Made by a program: the position numbers and the translations under genes | The notes under the pieces: generated by a model | The model's input: the letters and a program-made list of their open reading frames with translations, nothing else | Told to the model about the DNA's origin: nothing | Databases searched by the model: none | From: an uncultured Gammaproteobacteria bacterium | Lineage (GTDB): Bacteria > Patescibacteriota > Microgenomatia > PFEM01 > JAHIFH01 | Length of the DNA stretch: 63,970 nucleotides | Assembly (NCBI GenBank): GCA_964347135.1 | Contig: CAYFXA010000003.1 | Span: forward strand, 1 to 63,970 | Reading direction: 5' to 3' | Part shown: positions 18,401 to 28,018 of the stretch, piece by piece | Numbering within the stretch: the first letter of the stretch is position 1 | How the letters are laid out: each line of letters starts with the position of its first letter

Positions 18401-19422
18401 CTTTTGTCTCCTCCTACCAAAATTACTTCCTCAATCAACCGGCAACAATAACCCCACTCATTGTCATACCAAGCCACTACCCTGACCAAATCATGATCCA
18501 CCACTCGGGTTAAGCTAAGGTCAACAATAGCTGAGGCAGTCGAGCCTAAGATATCAGTGGAAACCAAAGGCTCTTCGGTAACTTCAACGATCTTCTTGTA
18601 TTTTCCTTTGGCTGCTTTCTTAAAAACCTTGTTAACCTCTTCCACCGTTGTTCTTTTGGTAACCAAAAAAGTGAAATCAGAAACCGAACCGCAAGCCACG
18701 GGCACTCGGTAAGCCAAACCATCAAAAAGACCCGCGATTTCAGGTATAACCCGAACCGTGGCTCTGGCAGCCCCAGTTGTGGTGGGAACAATATTAATCG
18801 CCGCTGCCCTAGCTCTTCTCAAGCTCTTACCTGAACCGTCAACTAGTTCCTGACTGGCGGTATAAGCATGAATCGTGGTCATCATTGCTTTTTCAATCCC
18901 AAAATTCTCCCAGATAATCTTTGTTACTGGGGCAACACAATTAGTGGTACATGAGGTATTGTTAACAACCGTTCCCCGATATTTACTTTCATTAACACCA
19001 ATAACAAAAGAGGGAGTATCTTCAGAAGGAGCAGAAATAACCACTTTTTGGGCTCCGGCAAGAACGTGCTTTTTAGCATCAACCCCTTTGGTAAAAACAC
19101 CCGTGGCTTCAATAACAACATCAACCTTGTACTTCTCCCAAGGAATTTTAGCAGGGTCGCGTTGGGCTAAAACCGGAATTTTCTCTTTTCCAAAAACCAA
19201 GGCCCCAATCTCGTCGCCTTTCTTCTTCTCCTCAACCTTAAAATTTTCCTTGTAACGTCCATAAACCGAGTCATACTTCAATATCTGCGCCCAACCATGA
19301 ACATCCATGCTTCCCGAAGTATTAACAGCCACAATTTTGACTTTCTTACCGTAATGAGTTCGGGCAACCCGAAAAGTCACCCGCCCAATTCTGCCAAAAC
19401 CATTAATGGCGACCCTTATCAT
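18397..19422 (-). CDS. gap: glyceraldehyde-3-phosphate dehydrogenase
   Basis: 341 aa. It has INGFGRIGR and the active site SCTTNC. Confidence 0.95.
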   Translation of the reverse strand: MIRVAINGFGRIGRVTFRVARTHYGKKVKIVAVNTSGSMDVHGWAQILKYDSVYGRYKENFKVEEKKKGDEIGALVFGKEKIPVLAQRDPAKIPWEKYKVDVVIEATGVFTKGVDAKKHVLAGAQKVVISAPSEDTPSFVIGVNESKYRGTVVNNTSCTTNCVAPVTKIIWENFGIEKAMMTTIHAYTASQELVDGSGKSLRRARAAAINIVPTTTGAARATVRVIPEIAGLFDGLAYRVPVACGSVSDFTFLVTKRTTVEEVNKVFKKAAKGKYKKIVEVTEEPLVSTDILGSTASAIVDLSLTRVVDHDLVRVVAWYDNEWGYCCRLIEEVILVGGDKR

Positions 19423-20464
19423 TTTTCCCTCCTTTTTGAATCGCTTCTATGCCTGGTAGGGTTTTTTCAGCCAAAAAGAAAAGCATAGCTCCACCACCTG
19501 AAGAAATATAATCAATTTTATCCACCAAACCAAACTTGGTTAAAGCCGCTTCTGTATCTCCCCCGCCAACAACGGTATAGGCACCGCTATCGACAATTGC
19601 CCGAGCAACTCTTTTCGTTCCCCGACTAAACTCCTCTTTCTCGTAAGCCCCCATTGGTCCACTCCAAACAATTGTTCCAGCTTTAGCAATTACTTTTTCG
19701 AAATCTCTTACTGATTCCATCGTAATATCTTCACCCTCTCGCTTCAAGCGGCCTTTAACCTTCTCATGATTAAACAACCGGGAAATACCATCATAAAGAA
19801 TCAACTTACCTCCGATTAAAATATAATCAGCCCAACCAACCATTTTTTTTACTGCTTCAGTTTTACTTTGCTTAACCCCACCAAGAATAACCACTACCGG
19901 ACGCCGAGGTTTTTGTAAAATATTCGACAAAGTATCCACCTCTTTAAGCAAATCTAATCCCGCAACCGAAGGCAAATAACGTGGTACGCCCACAACCGAG
20001 GCATGATGGCGATGAGAAACAGCAAAGGCATCATTAATGTAAACCTCTGCCAAAGAAGCTAATTTCTTAGCAAAACCCCTGTCATTTTTCTCTTCGCGAG
20101 GATCAAATCTTAGATTTTCTAAAAGTAAAACTTTCCCTGGCTTAAGTTCTTTAACCGCCCGTTCGGTTTTCTCACCCAAAACTTCAGCAGAAAGACTCAC
20201 TTCCCTGTCTAAAAGCAAACTTAATTTCTCGGCCACTGGCTTAAGGCTTAAACCTTTAACCACCCTCCCACCAGGACGATTAAGATGGGCAACAATAATG
20301 ATTTTGGCTTTTTGGGAAACCAGGTGCTTTATCGTCGGCAGAGAATCTTCAATCCGAGTGGCATCAGCTACCCGCCCATCCTGGTCAAGAGGAACATCAT
20401 AATCAGTTCTTAAAAGAACCGTTTTGCCAGTTAAACCAAAGTCTTTAATACTGGGCAGTTTCAT
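19403..20464 (-). CDS. pgk: phosphoglycerate kinase (short form)
   Basis: 353 aa. KTVLLRTDYDVPL, HLNRPGG and GGGDT are collinear with PGK. It is shorter than the usual ~395 aa. Confidence 0.88.
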   Translation of the reverse strand: MKLPSIKDFGLTGKTVLLRTDYDVPLDQDGRVADATRIEDSLPTIKHLVSQKAKIIIVAHLNRPGGRVVKGLSLKPVAEKLSLLLDREVSLSAEVLGEKTERAVKELKPGKVLLLENLRFDPREEKNDRGFAKKLASLAEVYINDAFAVSHRHHASVVGVPRYLPSVAGLDLLKEVDTLSNILQKPRRPVVVILGGVKQSKTEAVKKMVGWADYILIGGKLILYDGISRLFNHEKVKGRLKREGEDITMESVRDFEKVIAKAGTIVWSGPMGAYEKEEFSRGTKRVARAIVDSGAYTVVGGGDTEAALTKFGLVDKIDYISSGGGAMLFFLAEKTLPGIEAIQKGGKNDKGRH

Positions 20465-21024
20465 TATTTTTTCTTCTTTTTCTCTTCTTCAATTTTTTTG
20501 ATTACTTTATCCAACAACTGAATCGGATCGCGGTCAAAAATAACTTTCCTTTTTCCTTTTTTGGCAACATCCAGAATTCGCCTCACTTCATCAGCCGTCC
20601 CGCCTGAACCTTCTAATATCCCAACAATCTCGTTTTCTTCAAAAGCAGCGGTAAACTCATTTAGAGTGCCTATTCGCCCATCAATAACAATCGTGGCATC
20701 AGCACTCCTTACCATTAAAAGATTCCTCCCAGTGTAGCCAAACTCAGCATAGATGATGTGATCAAAAACCTTCCGACCCATAGGAAGATGGTACTTTTTC
20801 TCATGTTCTGCTTCACTACCAGCTGGAGAAAAACCAATATTGGAACCACCGGCTTTTTTAGCTGCTTGGGCTGCTTCATAAGGCACCCCTGAGGTAGCAC
20901 CGGTAATTAGAACATGACCTCTTTTAGCAATCTCCTTGCCAATCTGACGCGCCAAGGGATAAGCCTTTTCGGCATTTTTGCCTTCCTCACCACCACTAAC
21001 ACAAATTTTAAATTTCTTTTTCAT
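20464..21024 (-). CDS. TIGR00725/LOG-like Rossmann-fold protein
   Basis: 186 aa. ICVSGG...LITGATSGVPYEAAQAAKKAGG...GTLNEF matches the LOG/SLOG-type pattern. Confidence 0.65.
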   Translation of the reverse strand: MKKKFKICVSGGEEGKNAEKAYPLARQIGKEIAKRGHVLITGATSGVPYEAAQAAKKAGGSNIGFSPAGSEAEHEKKYHLPMGRKVFDHIIYAEFGYTGRNLLMVRSADATIVIDGRIGTLNEFTAAFEENEIVGILEGSGGTADEVRRILDVAKKGKRKVIFDRDPIQLLDKVIKKIEEEKKKKK

Positions 21025-21668
21025 TTAAAACCTCCAGCTAAATCTAGTAATTCTTTTTTAGGATTATCAGCTAAAACCACATCCGTGGCCACCAAAATAC
21101 CCTTAGCTCCTAATTTTAAAGCAACTTTAATGTCTTTTTGGGAATGAACCCCAGCACCAACCAGAACCGGAACTTTTTTAATCTCTTTAGTAAAATCCTT
21201 AATCACTTCTGGCTTAGCCGAAGAAACAGAATCAGTCCGACTGCCAATGAATTCTGGTGGTTCATAAGCAATGAAATCCGGCTTGTTCTCAACAATTTGC
21301 TTTGCTTCTTTAAGATTGTCCGCACAAACCAAGATTTTTAATTTCAAAGCCTGGCAGAGTTTAATTGTTTCTTTAATGACTTCAAGAGGGAGTCTGTATT
21401 CAGAGTGATTGAGAAGTGTTCCTTTGGCACCAGCAGTAGCAATTGCTTGGGGAAGAACCTGGCCAGTGTTGGGACCAAAATTAATATTATCAACATGCTG
21501 AGCCCAGACCTCAAATCTCTGACTGGCAAAACGGAAAATATCAGCTCCTTGAATAGCGGGAATAATCTTAACAGCAGTTTTTTTATTTACCTCTTGGCAA
21601 ATCTTAACTAATTTAAGGGCAGCTTGACCTGTTCCCTGTTCGTAGGTCTTAAAATTAACGAAAATCAT
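21021..21668 (-). CDS. tpiA: triose-phosphate isomerase, short archaeal-type
   Basis: 215 aa. MIFVNFKTYEQGTG, LLNHSE and IAYEPPEFIGS resemble archaeal ~220-aa TIMs rather than ~250-aa bacterial TIMs. Confidence 0.8.
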   Translation of the reverse strand: MIFVNFKTYEQGTGQAALKLVKICQEVNKKTAVKIIPAIQGADIFRFASQRFEVWAQHVDNINFGPNTGQVLPQAIATAGAKGTLLNHSEYRLPLEVIKETIKLCQALKLKILVCADNLKEAKQIVENKPDFIAYEPPEFIGSRTDSVSSAKPEVIKDFTKEIKKVPVLVGAGVHSQKDIKVALKLGAKGILVATDVVLADNPKKELLDLAGGFK

Positions 21669-21669
21669 T

Positions 21670-21861
21670 CTAACTCTCTATTCTAGCGTATAAGCCAAAG
21701 GCTGCCAAGACCGCTGCCACAAGAAGCCATTGAGTTGAAGCTAAGATAACATCTTGGTAAAGAAAACCCCAAGTCGCTGCTAAAACTGATAGAGCAGAAC
21801 CAATCATTAAAGCCTGGGAAATGGTTTTCCAGTCTTTCTTTTTAACCTTCAATTTTCTCAC
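21670..21861 (-). CDS. small two-helix membrane protein
   Basis: 63 aa with two hydrophobic segments. It lies 1 nt upstream of tpiA on the same strand. Confidence 0.4.
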   Translation of the reverse strand: MRKLKVKKKDWKTISQALMIGSALSVLAATWGFLYQDVILASTQWLLVAAVLAAFGLYARIES

Positions 21862-21933
21862 CCCCTCCCCATATCAGCTAGCTAAAAACCAAACTACTTT
21901 AAGAATATCTAAAAAAGGGGGGTTTGCCAAGAA

Positions 21934-22344
21934 TTATTTTTGTTTCTTCCGGTAATCCTCAATTGCCTTTCTAAGGGCATCAGCAGCTAAAACAGAACAA
22001 TGAAGTTTTGAAGGAGGCAAACCCCCAAGAGCATCGGCAACCGCTTTTTTAGTAATTTTTTCCACTTCAGAAAGCGCCTTGCCTTTAACCATTAGGGTAA
22101 TCATGCTTGAAGTGGCAATCGCGGCTCCACAACCCAGTGTCTGAAATTTTACATCTTTAATATAATCCTTGCCTTTTTTCTTCTCGATTTTAAGAAAAAG
22201 GCGCATGATATCTCCACAAACCGGATTGCCAACGGTTGCCACTCCATCAGGGTTTTTAATCTCCCCCATGTTCCGGGGGCGACGAATATGTTCCATTACT
22301 TTTTTGGAATAAAGGTCCGGGTAAAAATCACTAATGTCAGCCAT
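21934..22344 (-). CDS. nifU: Fe-S cluster scaffold protein NifU/IscU
   Basis: 136 aa. GNPVCGDIMRLFLKI, LGCGAAIA and LHCSVLA give the three conserved Cys. Confidence 0.9.
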   Translation of the reverse strand: MADISDFYPDLYSKKVMEHIRRPRNMGEIKNPDGVATVGNPVCGDIMRLFLKIEKKKGKDYIKDVKFQTLGCGAAIATSSMITLMVKGKALSEVEKITKKAVADALGGLPPSKLHCSVLAADALRKAIEDYRKKQK

Positions 22345-22345
22345 T

Positions 22346-23509
22346 TTAAACTCCCTTCGGTGCCATTTTTCTTAATCTTTTAATTACTTCTGGCAAAACT
22401 TTTATAACATAATCAATATCTTCTTTGGTTGTTTTTTTACCCAAGGAAAAGCGAAGAGAGCCATGAGCTAATTTTGAAGGAATTCCCATGGCGGTTAAAA
22501 CATGGCTGGGTTCAAGTATTCCTGAAGTACAGGCACTTCCCGAAGAAGCAGCAATCCCTTTATCAGAAAGCATTAAAAGCATTGCTTCGCCTTCAGCGCC
22601 TTCAACCACAAAAGAGGCTATATCAGGCAACCTTTTAACAGGATGGCCAGTTAGTTCAACACCGGAAACATTATCAAGAACTCCTTTAATCAGTCTGTCT
22701 CTTAGTTTAGAGACTTTCCTTACCGCTTCTTTTCTTTCTTGGGTAGCAATCTCCAATGCCTTTGCCATTCCCACAATCAAAGCCGGTGCTTCGGTTCCAG
22801 GATAAAATCCTTTCTCATGATGACCACCAAAAATCAAAGGTTCAATCTTTACCCCTTTCCTAATAAAAAGCATCCCCACTCCCTTAGGTCCACCGAATTT
22901 ATGAGCCCCAAGAGTCATTAAATCAACCCCTAACTTGTTGACATCAACATCCAAGTAATCAACTACCGCTGCCGCGTCAGTGTGAAACAAAACTCCTTTT
23001 TTCTTTGTGATTTGGCCAATCTCTTTAATCGGTTGAATCGTCCCCATTTCATTATTAGCGTACATAATCGTCACTAAAACCGTTTTATCATTAATCGCTT
23101 TTTCAACATCTTTTGGAGCCACCAGGCCATATTTATCTATTGGCAAAACCGTGAGTTTAAATCCTTCTTTTTCTAAAGCCTGGCACGTATCTAAAACCGC
23201 ATGGTGCTCAATTGAAGAAGTGATAATGTGGTTGCCTCGACCGGATCTTTTGGCTGCCCGAGCAACTCCTTGAATAGCCAAATTATCACTCACGGTCGTT
23301 GTCCCAGTAAAGTAAATCTCTGAAGTTTTGCAGCCCAAAGCCTTGGCTACCTTACTTCGAGACACCTCGACTGCCTCCCTTGTTTTCCTTCCCCAAGAAT
23401 GGATTGAAGAAGGATTGCCAAATTTCTCTTTAAAAAAGGGCATCATTGCTTCCAACACCCTTGGATCCAAGGGAGTGGTGGCAGCATAATCAAGATAAAC
23501 TTTTCTCAT
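22346..23509 (-). CDS. nifS: cysteine desulfurase NifS/IscS
   Basis: 387 aa. The PLP lysine is in GAHKFGGPKG and the active-site Cys is in SSGSACTS. Confidence 0.92.
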   Translation of the reverse strand: MRKVYLDYAATTPLDPRVLEAMMPFFKEKFGNPSSIHSWGRKTREAVEVSRSKVAKALGCKTSEIYFTGTTTVSDNLAIQGVARAAKRSGRGNHIITSSIEHHAVLDTCQALEKEGFKLTVLPIDKYGLVAPKDVEKAINDKTVLVTIMYANNEMGTIQPIKEIGQITKKKGVLFHTDAAAVVDYLDVDVNKLGVDLMTLGAHKFGGPKGVGMLFIRKGVKIEPLIFGGHHEKGFYPGTEAPALIVGMAKALEIATQERKEAVRKVSKLRDRLIKGVLDNVSGVELTGHPVKRLPDIASFVVEGAEGEAMLLMLSDKGIAASSGSACTSGILEPSHVLTAMGIPSKLAHGSLRFSLGKKTTKEDIDYVIKVLPEVIKRLRKMAPKGV

Positions 23510-23895
23510 TTGATTAAATCCGCTAAAGTTTTCTCTTCAATCGTTTCTCTAACTTTATCCCCCACTTCAGTCCAAACATCTTTTTGCCCGCAAACGGTTG
23601 CTTTGGGGCAACCAAAACAGGCGCCTAATTCCACCGGGCCTGCCAAAATCTCAACAATTTCGGCAACAGAAATTTTCCCAGGTTTCTTTTTCAGAAAATA
23701 GCCTCCACCCTTGCCTTCCTTAGCCTCAATCAAACCTGATTCGCGCAAGGGAATAACCACCTGTTCAAGATATTTGAAAGGCAACTTTCTTGCTTTGGCA
23801 ATCTGGCGCAAAGAAAGAGGACCTTGACGATAATTCTTTGCCAAAGCAATCATTAATTCCAAACCATAATCAGCTTTTTTTGTTAGCCCAAACAT
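23506..23895 (-). CDS. Rrf2-family transcriptional regulator (IscR-like)
   Basis: 129 aa. It has a winged HTH (LSLRQIAKARKLPFKYLEQVV..GLIEAKEGKGGGY) and a Cys cluster (CFGCPKATVC). A 4-nt overlap joins it to nifS. Confidence 0.85.
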   Translation of the reverse strand: MFGLTKKADYGLELMIALAKNYRQGPLSLRQIAKARKLPFKYLEQVVIPLRESGLIEAKEGKGGGYFLKKKPGKISVAEIVEILAGPVELGACFGCPKATVCGQKDVWTEVGDKVRETIEEKTLADLIK

Positions 23896-23943
23896 AGAAC
23901 TCCTACTATTTACATAGGAGTTTACCGGAAAAGAAGAAGGTTG

Positions 23944-25053
23944 TCAAGAAGAAAAAAATTCTTTCCCTTTTTCCCATATTTCTGGTCTGCCCTCAAGTTT
24001 TTCTTTATACCACCACTCCACTCCCCAAAAATAAATCCGCTCTACCCCACCTACTTTTTCAATGATTTCATAATACTCCTCAAGACGCTCTGGCGTGACC
24101 GTTTCTTTAATTTCTTCTTGGCTAAGTTCATTAATTGGCTTGGGTCCATAAGGCTCGGCTTCAAACTCAGCAATCCAAAACTTTTTGCCCAAACGAATCG
24201 CTTCCCCCCGCTCAATTGAAATATTTCTTAAGGAAAAAATGCCTTGATCATAAGCGCTGATATAGCCCTGGGTTAATTTGTGCCAAACCCGAGGATAAAA
24301 ACTAACACCAATAATATCTATTTCAGGCACCAACCTTCGCCAATAAGGACGGAGAAAAATCTCTCCGCCAAAGGTAAGGAGAATGGGTCTGTTTTGAGGG
24401 TCATTCTCTTTAACTACCTCAATCTCCTTAGCCACAAACGAAGGACTTAGTCTTCGACACCAAGGTCTTAGAACATCCAAAGGCTCGTTTTCCACTTGCC
24501 AAACCTCAATATTCTCATGTTGGGAAAAATGTTTTATTCCCTCCTCTAAAAAAGAAAGCACCGTTTCTTCAAGCTCTTTTTGATTTAAATCTTTTGCCCA
24601 CTCTGGCGGATAACACTCAGGGCGGTGAAAGGAGCGATAACCAATCTCCAAAACAACAGTAATTCCTTTTTTTTCTGCTTCTTCAATTAACCAATCGTTA
24701 ATGGCAAAATCAAATTTTCCCTTTTCCTTCTCCACTTCAAACCAAAAAACTGGAATCCGCACGCTTTTGGGCTTCAATTCATCAAGCAAAGCCAAATAGG
24801 TTTCTTGCCAATCTAAACCCAAATTTACTGCGTGGCGATGACTAAAAGAAAAACCAAATTCAGGTTCAATCTCCTTTTTAACAACCCACCTTCGGGGAAT
24901 AATGAAGAAGTAAATAAAAAGAAAAAACAAAATTAAAAAAATGAAGAGAAATTTCCGCTTATTATTAGTCAGGAGTCTGCTTGCCACTGTCATCTTGACA
25001 TCGATTATCTGTTCTCTCTTGGCTGCACTCACCTTCACAATTCTCATCAGCAT
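23944..25053 (-). CDS. membrane-anchored clan GH-A (TIM-barrel) glycoside hydrolase-like protein
   Basis: 369 aa with a TM helix (FLFIFLILFFLFIYFFII), the acid/base motif WQVENEP and a candidate nucleophile in FWIAEFEAEP. The true start is uncertain because the track start overlaps the upstream pilin-like gene by 89 nt. Confidence 0.55.
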   Translation of the reverse strand: MLMRIVKVSAAKREQIIDVKMTVASRLLTNNKRKFLFIFLILFFLFIYFFIIPRRWVVKKEIEPEFGFSFSHRHAVNLGLDWQETYLALLDELKPKSVRIPVFWFEVEKEKGKFDFAINDWLIEEAEKKGITVVLEIGYRSFHRPECYPPEWAKDLNQKELEETVLSFLEEGIKHFSQHENIEVWQVENEPLDVLRPWCRRLSPSFVAKEIEVVKENDPQNRPILLTFGGEIFLRPYWRRLVPEIDIIGVSFYPRVWHKLTQGYISAYDQGIFSLRNISIERGEAIRLGKKFWIAEFEAEPYGPKPINELSQEEIKETVTPERLEEYYEIIEKVGGVERIYFWGVEWWYKEKLEGRPEIWEKGKEFFSS

Positions 25054-25609
25054 AAATTACCGGACATTTACTCATCCATGGGTCTTCAAAACCCTGACAA
25101 TTCCCACCCGGATTGCAAACATAACCAAAGGAACAATTTCGATAAACATAAGTATTGGTACTCGATACACCGTAGTTATAAAAACAAGTATTTTTAGTCG
25201 GACCACATCCTTGGCGACAATGAATTTTGTCAATAATTGGGTCCGTTGTTACTTCTAAATTAGTAAAAAGCCGAAACCACTGACTGCAGCCTCCTTTGCT
25301 AGCATAAGCGTAAGACCCTCCGCTCGGATCACAAGGAAAATCCTTTAAATAGACCTCGCCATTGGCACCAAAATCTTCACGACAATCAGGGGGAAAATCT
25401 TTGCTTTTAGGAAAACAATCATGATCAAAGTAATAATCGTAGAGAGCGGTTTTAATTTTCTGAAAATCAGCCTTCCGTCGCGCGTCCCTGCCTCTTTTCA
25501 ATTGGGTTGGAACAGCAATAAAAGCAACAATTGTTAATAAGGCAAGGAGGCCAATTACCACTAAAAGCTCGATAATGGTCAAGCCTTTTTTTCTAGAAAA
25601 CTTCATCAA
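24965..25609 (-). CDS. type IV pilin/pseudopilin-like protein with a Cys-rich globular domain
   Basis: 214 aa. The prepilin-type N-terminus is KKGLTIIELLVVIGLLALL (G|LTIIE, Glu at +5). The C-terminal ~170 aa contain 20 Cys. Confidence 0.75.
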   Translation of the reverse strand: MMKFSRKKGLTIIELLVVIGLLALLTIVAFIAVPTQLKRGRDARRKADFQKIKTALYDYYFDHDCFPKSKDFPPDCREDFGANGEVYLKDFPCDPSGGSYAYASKGGCSQWFRLFTNLEVTTDPIIDKIHCRQGCGPTKNTCFYNYGVSSTNTYVYRNCSFGYVCNPGGNCQGFEDPWMSKCPVIYADENCEGECSQERTDNRCQDDSGKQTPD

Positions 25610-25646
25610 TTCAATAATAACAAACTGTCAAGAAAAAGTCTTTTTA

Positions 25647-27122
25647 TCACTTCACCAATTTATTGAGTAATAAAGCAATAATAATTCCACCAAGAATAAG
25701 GGCCAGAGACAATTTCACTCCCAAAATTCTTTCCCAGCCAACTGGCATGAGACTAATCTCATCAAACCAAGCCGTTCCCTTGCCTTCAACTAAACAACGA
25801 ATATCAGCGGCAACAGTTTTTGGGGGAGGAGTAAAAATGGTTTCGTAGCGTTTCCATAGAGTAGTTCCTTTATGGTCCGGGGTTTGAACCGCAATTCCTA
25901 TTTGTCCACCCAACTCATCCACAAAAATCACTTCAAAACGAGCAGCACCAACTAAATTTTGACTCTTAATCAAACCTATCAAGTCATATTTTTGTCCTGG
26001 TTTCACTGGATAATATTGGCGCCAAAAAATTATTCCCGTCCCATCATATCCAATCTGAGCACTGTGATGACCATCTTTAAAGATATTTTCATCCCAACCA
26101 AAAGTGCCACTTCCTTCGGCGAGAAGGTTACCTCGAACCCAGTTATCGGGCCAATCATCCTTGTTTTCGTCGCTTTCAAAGCCACCATTGAGTTTGTCCG
26201 AGTATTTTGGTTTTGGGGCATTTCTAAACTGCCAAACGATTTTCTTATCAGGACTAACCTCGATTACGCGGGCATGAGAAGAATCAGAAATCAGGGTATT
26301 TCCATTGGCTAAACGGTCTGCTTCATAAGGAAAACTTAAAAACTCTTCGTATTGCCAAATAACTTCATTTTCAGGTGTAACTTCAATCACTCGATGATGA
26401 TGATTGTCCGTAATTAAATAATTGCCATTCTCCAGTTTGTCCGCATCTCGAGGTGAATAAAGAAGGTTTTTGTCACCGCCACCATAGGACCAAACTACTT
26501 GCCCAGCTTGATTGAGCTCAAGTACCTGGTCATTTTCCGAATCGCTGATTAAAGTATTGCCACCAGCTAACCTATCCGCATCATGAGGCCTATTCAATTC
26601 CCTTTTTTGCCAATAAATTCTAGCAAAACGATCAATTTCGATAACCCGATCATTGTTCCGGTCGGTTACAAGAAAATGCCCATTTTCCAATTCTTCAACA
26701 TCAGTAGGTAAATTGAGAAGTGGGCGACCAACCGAACTCTTGGGCCAACTCTCTGAAGACCAAACAATTTCTTTATCTCGACTGATTTCAATCAAGCGAT
26801 TGTTGGTTGTATCAATAATCAAAAGATTGCCGTTAGATAATTCTTTAACGCCATGGGCAAAAATAAGCCTATCTTGAAAAGACCAAACAACCTTTCCTTC
26901 AGAATCAATTTCAATAATTTCACTTCCCTGATTGGTCCAATCTTGTCCTCCACCATCAGCAATCAAGGTGTGCCCATTGGCCAAACGCTCAATCCCCAAA
27001 GGGCGGTCAAGGATTGCCTCTTGTTCCTGAGCCTGAGAAAAATCCAGTTTAACGAAAAAAAACGCTAGGAGAAACAGTAGAACGAACCAAATTTTCTTCT
27101 TCATTTTTCCGTTCACCAGCAA
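25647..27122 (-). CDS. secreted 6-bladed beta-propeller protein with a C-terminal sugar-binding-like domain and TM anchor
   Basis: 491 aa. Six repeats follow the form L(A/E/S)NG(N/H)xLIxDxxNxR(V)IE(I/V). A beta-sandwich-like region and a C-terminal hydrophobic helix (LSLALILGGIIIALLL) follow. Confidence 0.55.
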   Translation of the reverse strand: MLVNGKMKKKIWFVLLFLLAFFFVKLDFSQAQEQEAILDRPLGIERLANGHTLIADGGGQDWTNQGSEIIEIDSEGKVVWSFQDRLIFAHGVKELSNGNLLIIDTTNNRLIEISRDKEIVWSSESWPKSSVGRPLLNLPTDVEELENGHFLVTDRNNDRVIEIDRFARIYWQKRELNRPHDADRLAGGNTLISDSENDQVLELNQAGQVVWSYGGGDKNLLYSPRDADKLENGNYLITDNHHHRVIEVTPENEVIWQYEEFLSFPYEADRLANGNTLISDSSHARVIEVSPDKKIVWQFRNAPKPKYSDKLNGGFESDENKDDWPDNWVRGNLLAEGSGTFGWDENIFKDGHHSAQIGYDGTGIIFWRQYYPVKPGQKYDLIGLIKSQNLVGAARFEVIFVDELGGQIGIAVQTPDHKGTTLWKRYETIFTPPPKTVAADIRCLVEGKGTAWFDEISLMPVGWERILGVKLSLALILGGIIIALLLNKLVK

Positions 27123-27124
27123 CT

Positions 27125-27541
27125 CTATTCTTTAACCACATACGTCCCAGCAATTTTGTCATGCCACCCCTGCTTTCTGTCATCCCAAATTATCCAGAAA
27201 TAACCAAGACAGAAAACGATTGAAGAAACAAAATAACCAATATATCTAATAATCGCTGTTTTATAATCTAAAGCTTTTTTATCGGCACTAATGACTTTAA
27301 TCTTCAGTGCTTTTTTGCCTACGGTTTGACCATCCCACTTAACCCAAAGCAAAATTGAGTAGAGAGCACCGGCTAAAAGATTAAAATTTCCCCAAAGATA
27401 TTGCCCATAAGGGCGCCCAAAGGGAGGAAAGAAAAGTAACTGACGCAACACGCCCAAAACAGTGGCTAAAATAATCATGTCAATAACACAGGCTAAAAAC
27501 CTAACTCCAAACCCAGCATATTTTTGTTTTTTTGCTACCAA
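27125..27541 (-). CDS. RDD-family membrane protein
   Basis: 138 aa, three hydrophobic helices, C-terminal WDDRKQGWHDKIAGTYVV. Confidence 0.75.
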   Translation of the reverse strand: MVAKKQKYAGFGVRFLACVIDMIILATVLGVLRQLLFFPPFGRPYGQYLWGNFNLLAGALYSILLWVKWDGQTVGKKALKIKVISADKKALDYKTAIIRYIGYFVSSIVFCLGYFWIIWDDRKQGWHDKIAGTYVVKE

Positions 27542-27546
27542 TTACC

Positions 27547-27969
27547 TCACCTCCTTTTTATAAACAAAACAATACTTCCGCCAATACCAATTAAAAACCC
27601 AATTGGGCAAACAAAAATGGCAATAAAAAAGAAAAAGCCATGAAGAATTTCAAATAAGGATGTTAAAAAAGAAATGTGGTTTACCAAAACCGCAGCAGCG
27701 TAGAGAAAGTTATGAAGAAAAACACTCACAAAAAACCCTGCTGCTGAGGCACCAGTGAGAATTAAAAATTTTTTTAACATCCCTTTTATTTTCTCCTTTA
27801 TAACAAAAAATATCAATAGTCCACCAAGAACAGAAAAGAGAATAAAAGGCAACAGAAATTGAGGACCCTTGAAAAATTCTCCTACCGCAGGAATAAAAAA
27901 TAGACTAGCAATTAGAACAAAAACTCCTACTAGAAACCAAAAAGTTGCTGAAACTTTTTTTTCCTTCAC
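27547..27969 (-). CDS. hypothetical polytopic membrane protein
   Basis: 140 aa with four hydrophobic segments. No motif recognised. Confidence 0.45.
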   Translation of the reverse strand: MKEKKVSATFWFLVGVFVLIASLFFIPAVGEFFKGPQFLLPFILFSVLGGLLIFFVIKEKIKGMLKKFLILTGASAAGFFVSVFLHNFLYAAAVLVNHISFLTSLFEILHGFFFFIAIFVCPIGFLIGIGGSIVLFIKRR

Positions 27970-28018
27970 TTTTTCATTCTAGCACAAATTAAAAAAGTCC
28001 AGCAAACCGGTAACAAGT

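Noticed and set aside
18546-19255. Antisense or alternative-frame ORFs inside strongly supported genes (for example 18546-18791, 18875-19255, 22488-22805, 47680-48030, 56564-57064, 59699-60154)
   Set aside because: They fully overlap CDSs with clear catalytic motifs, have low-complexity or odd composition, and lack start contexts. They are typical shadow ORFs.
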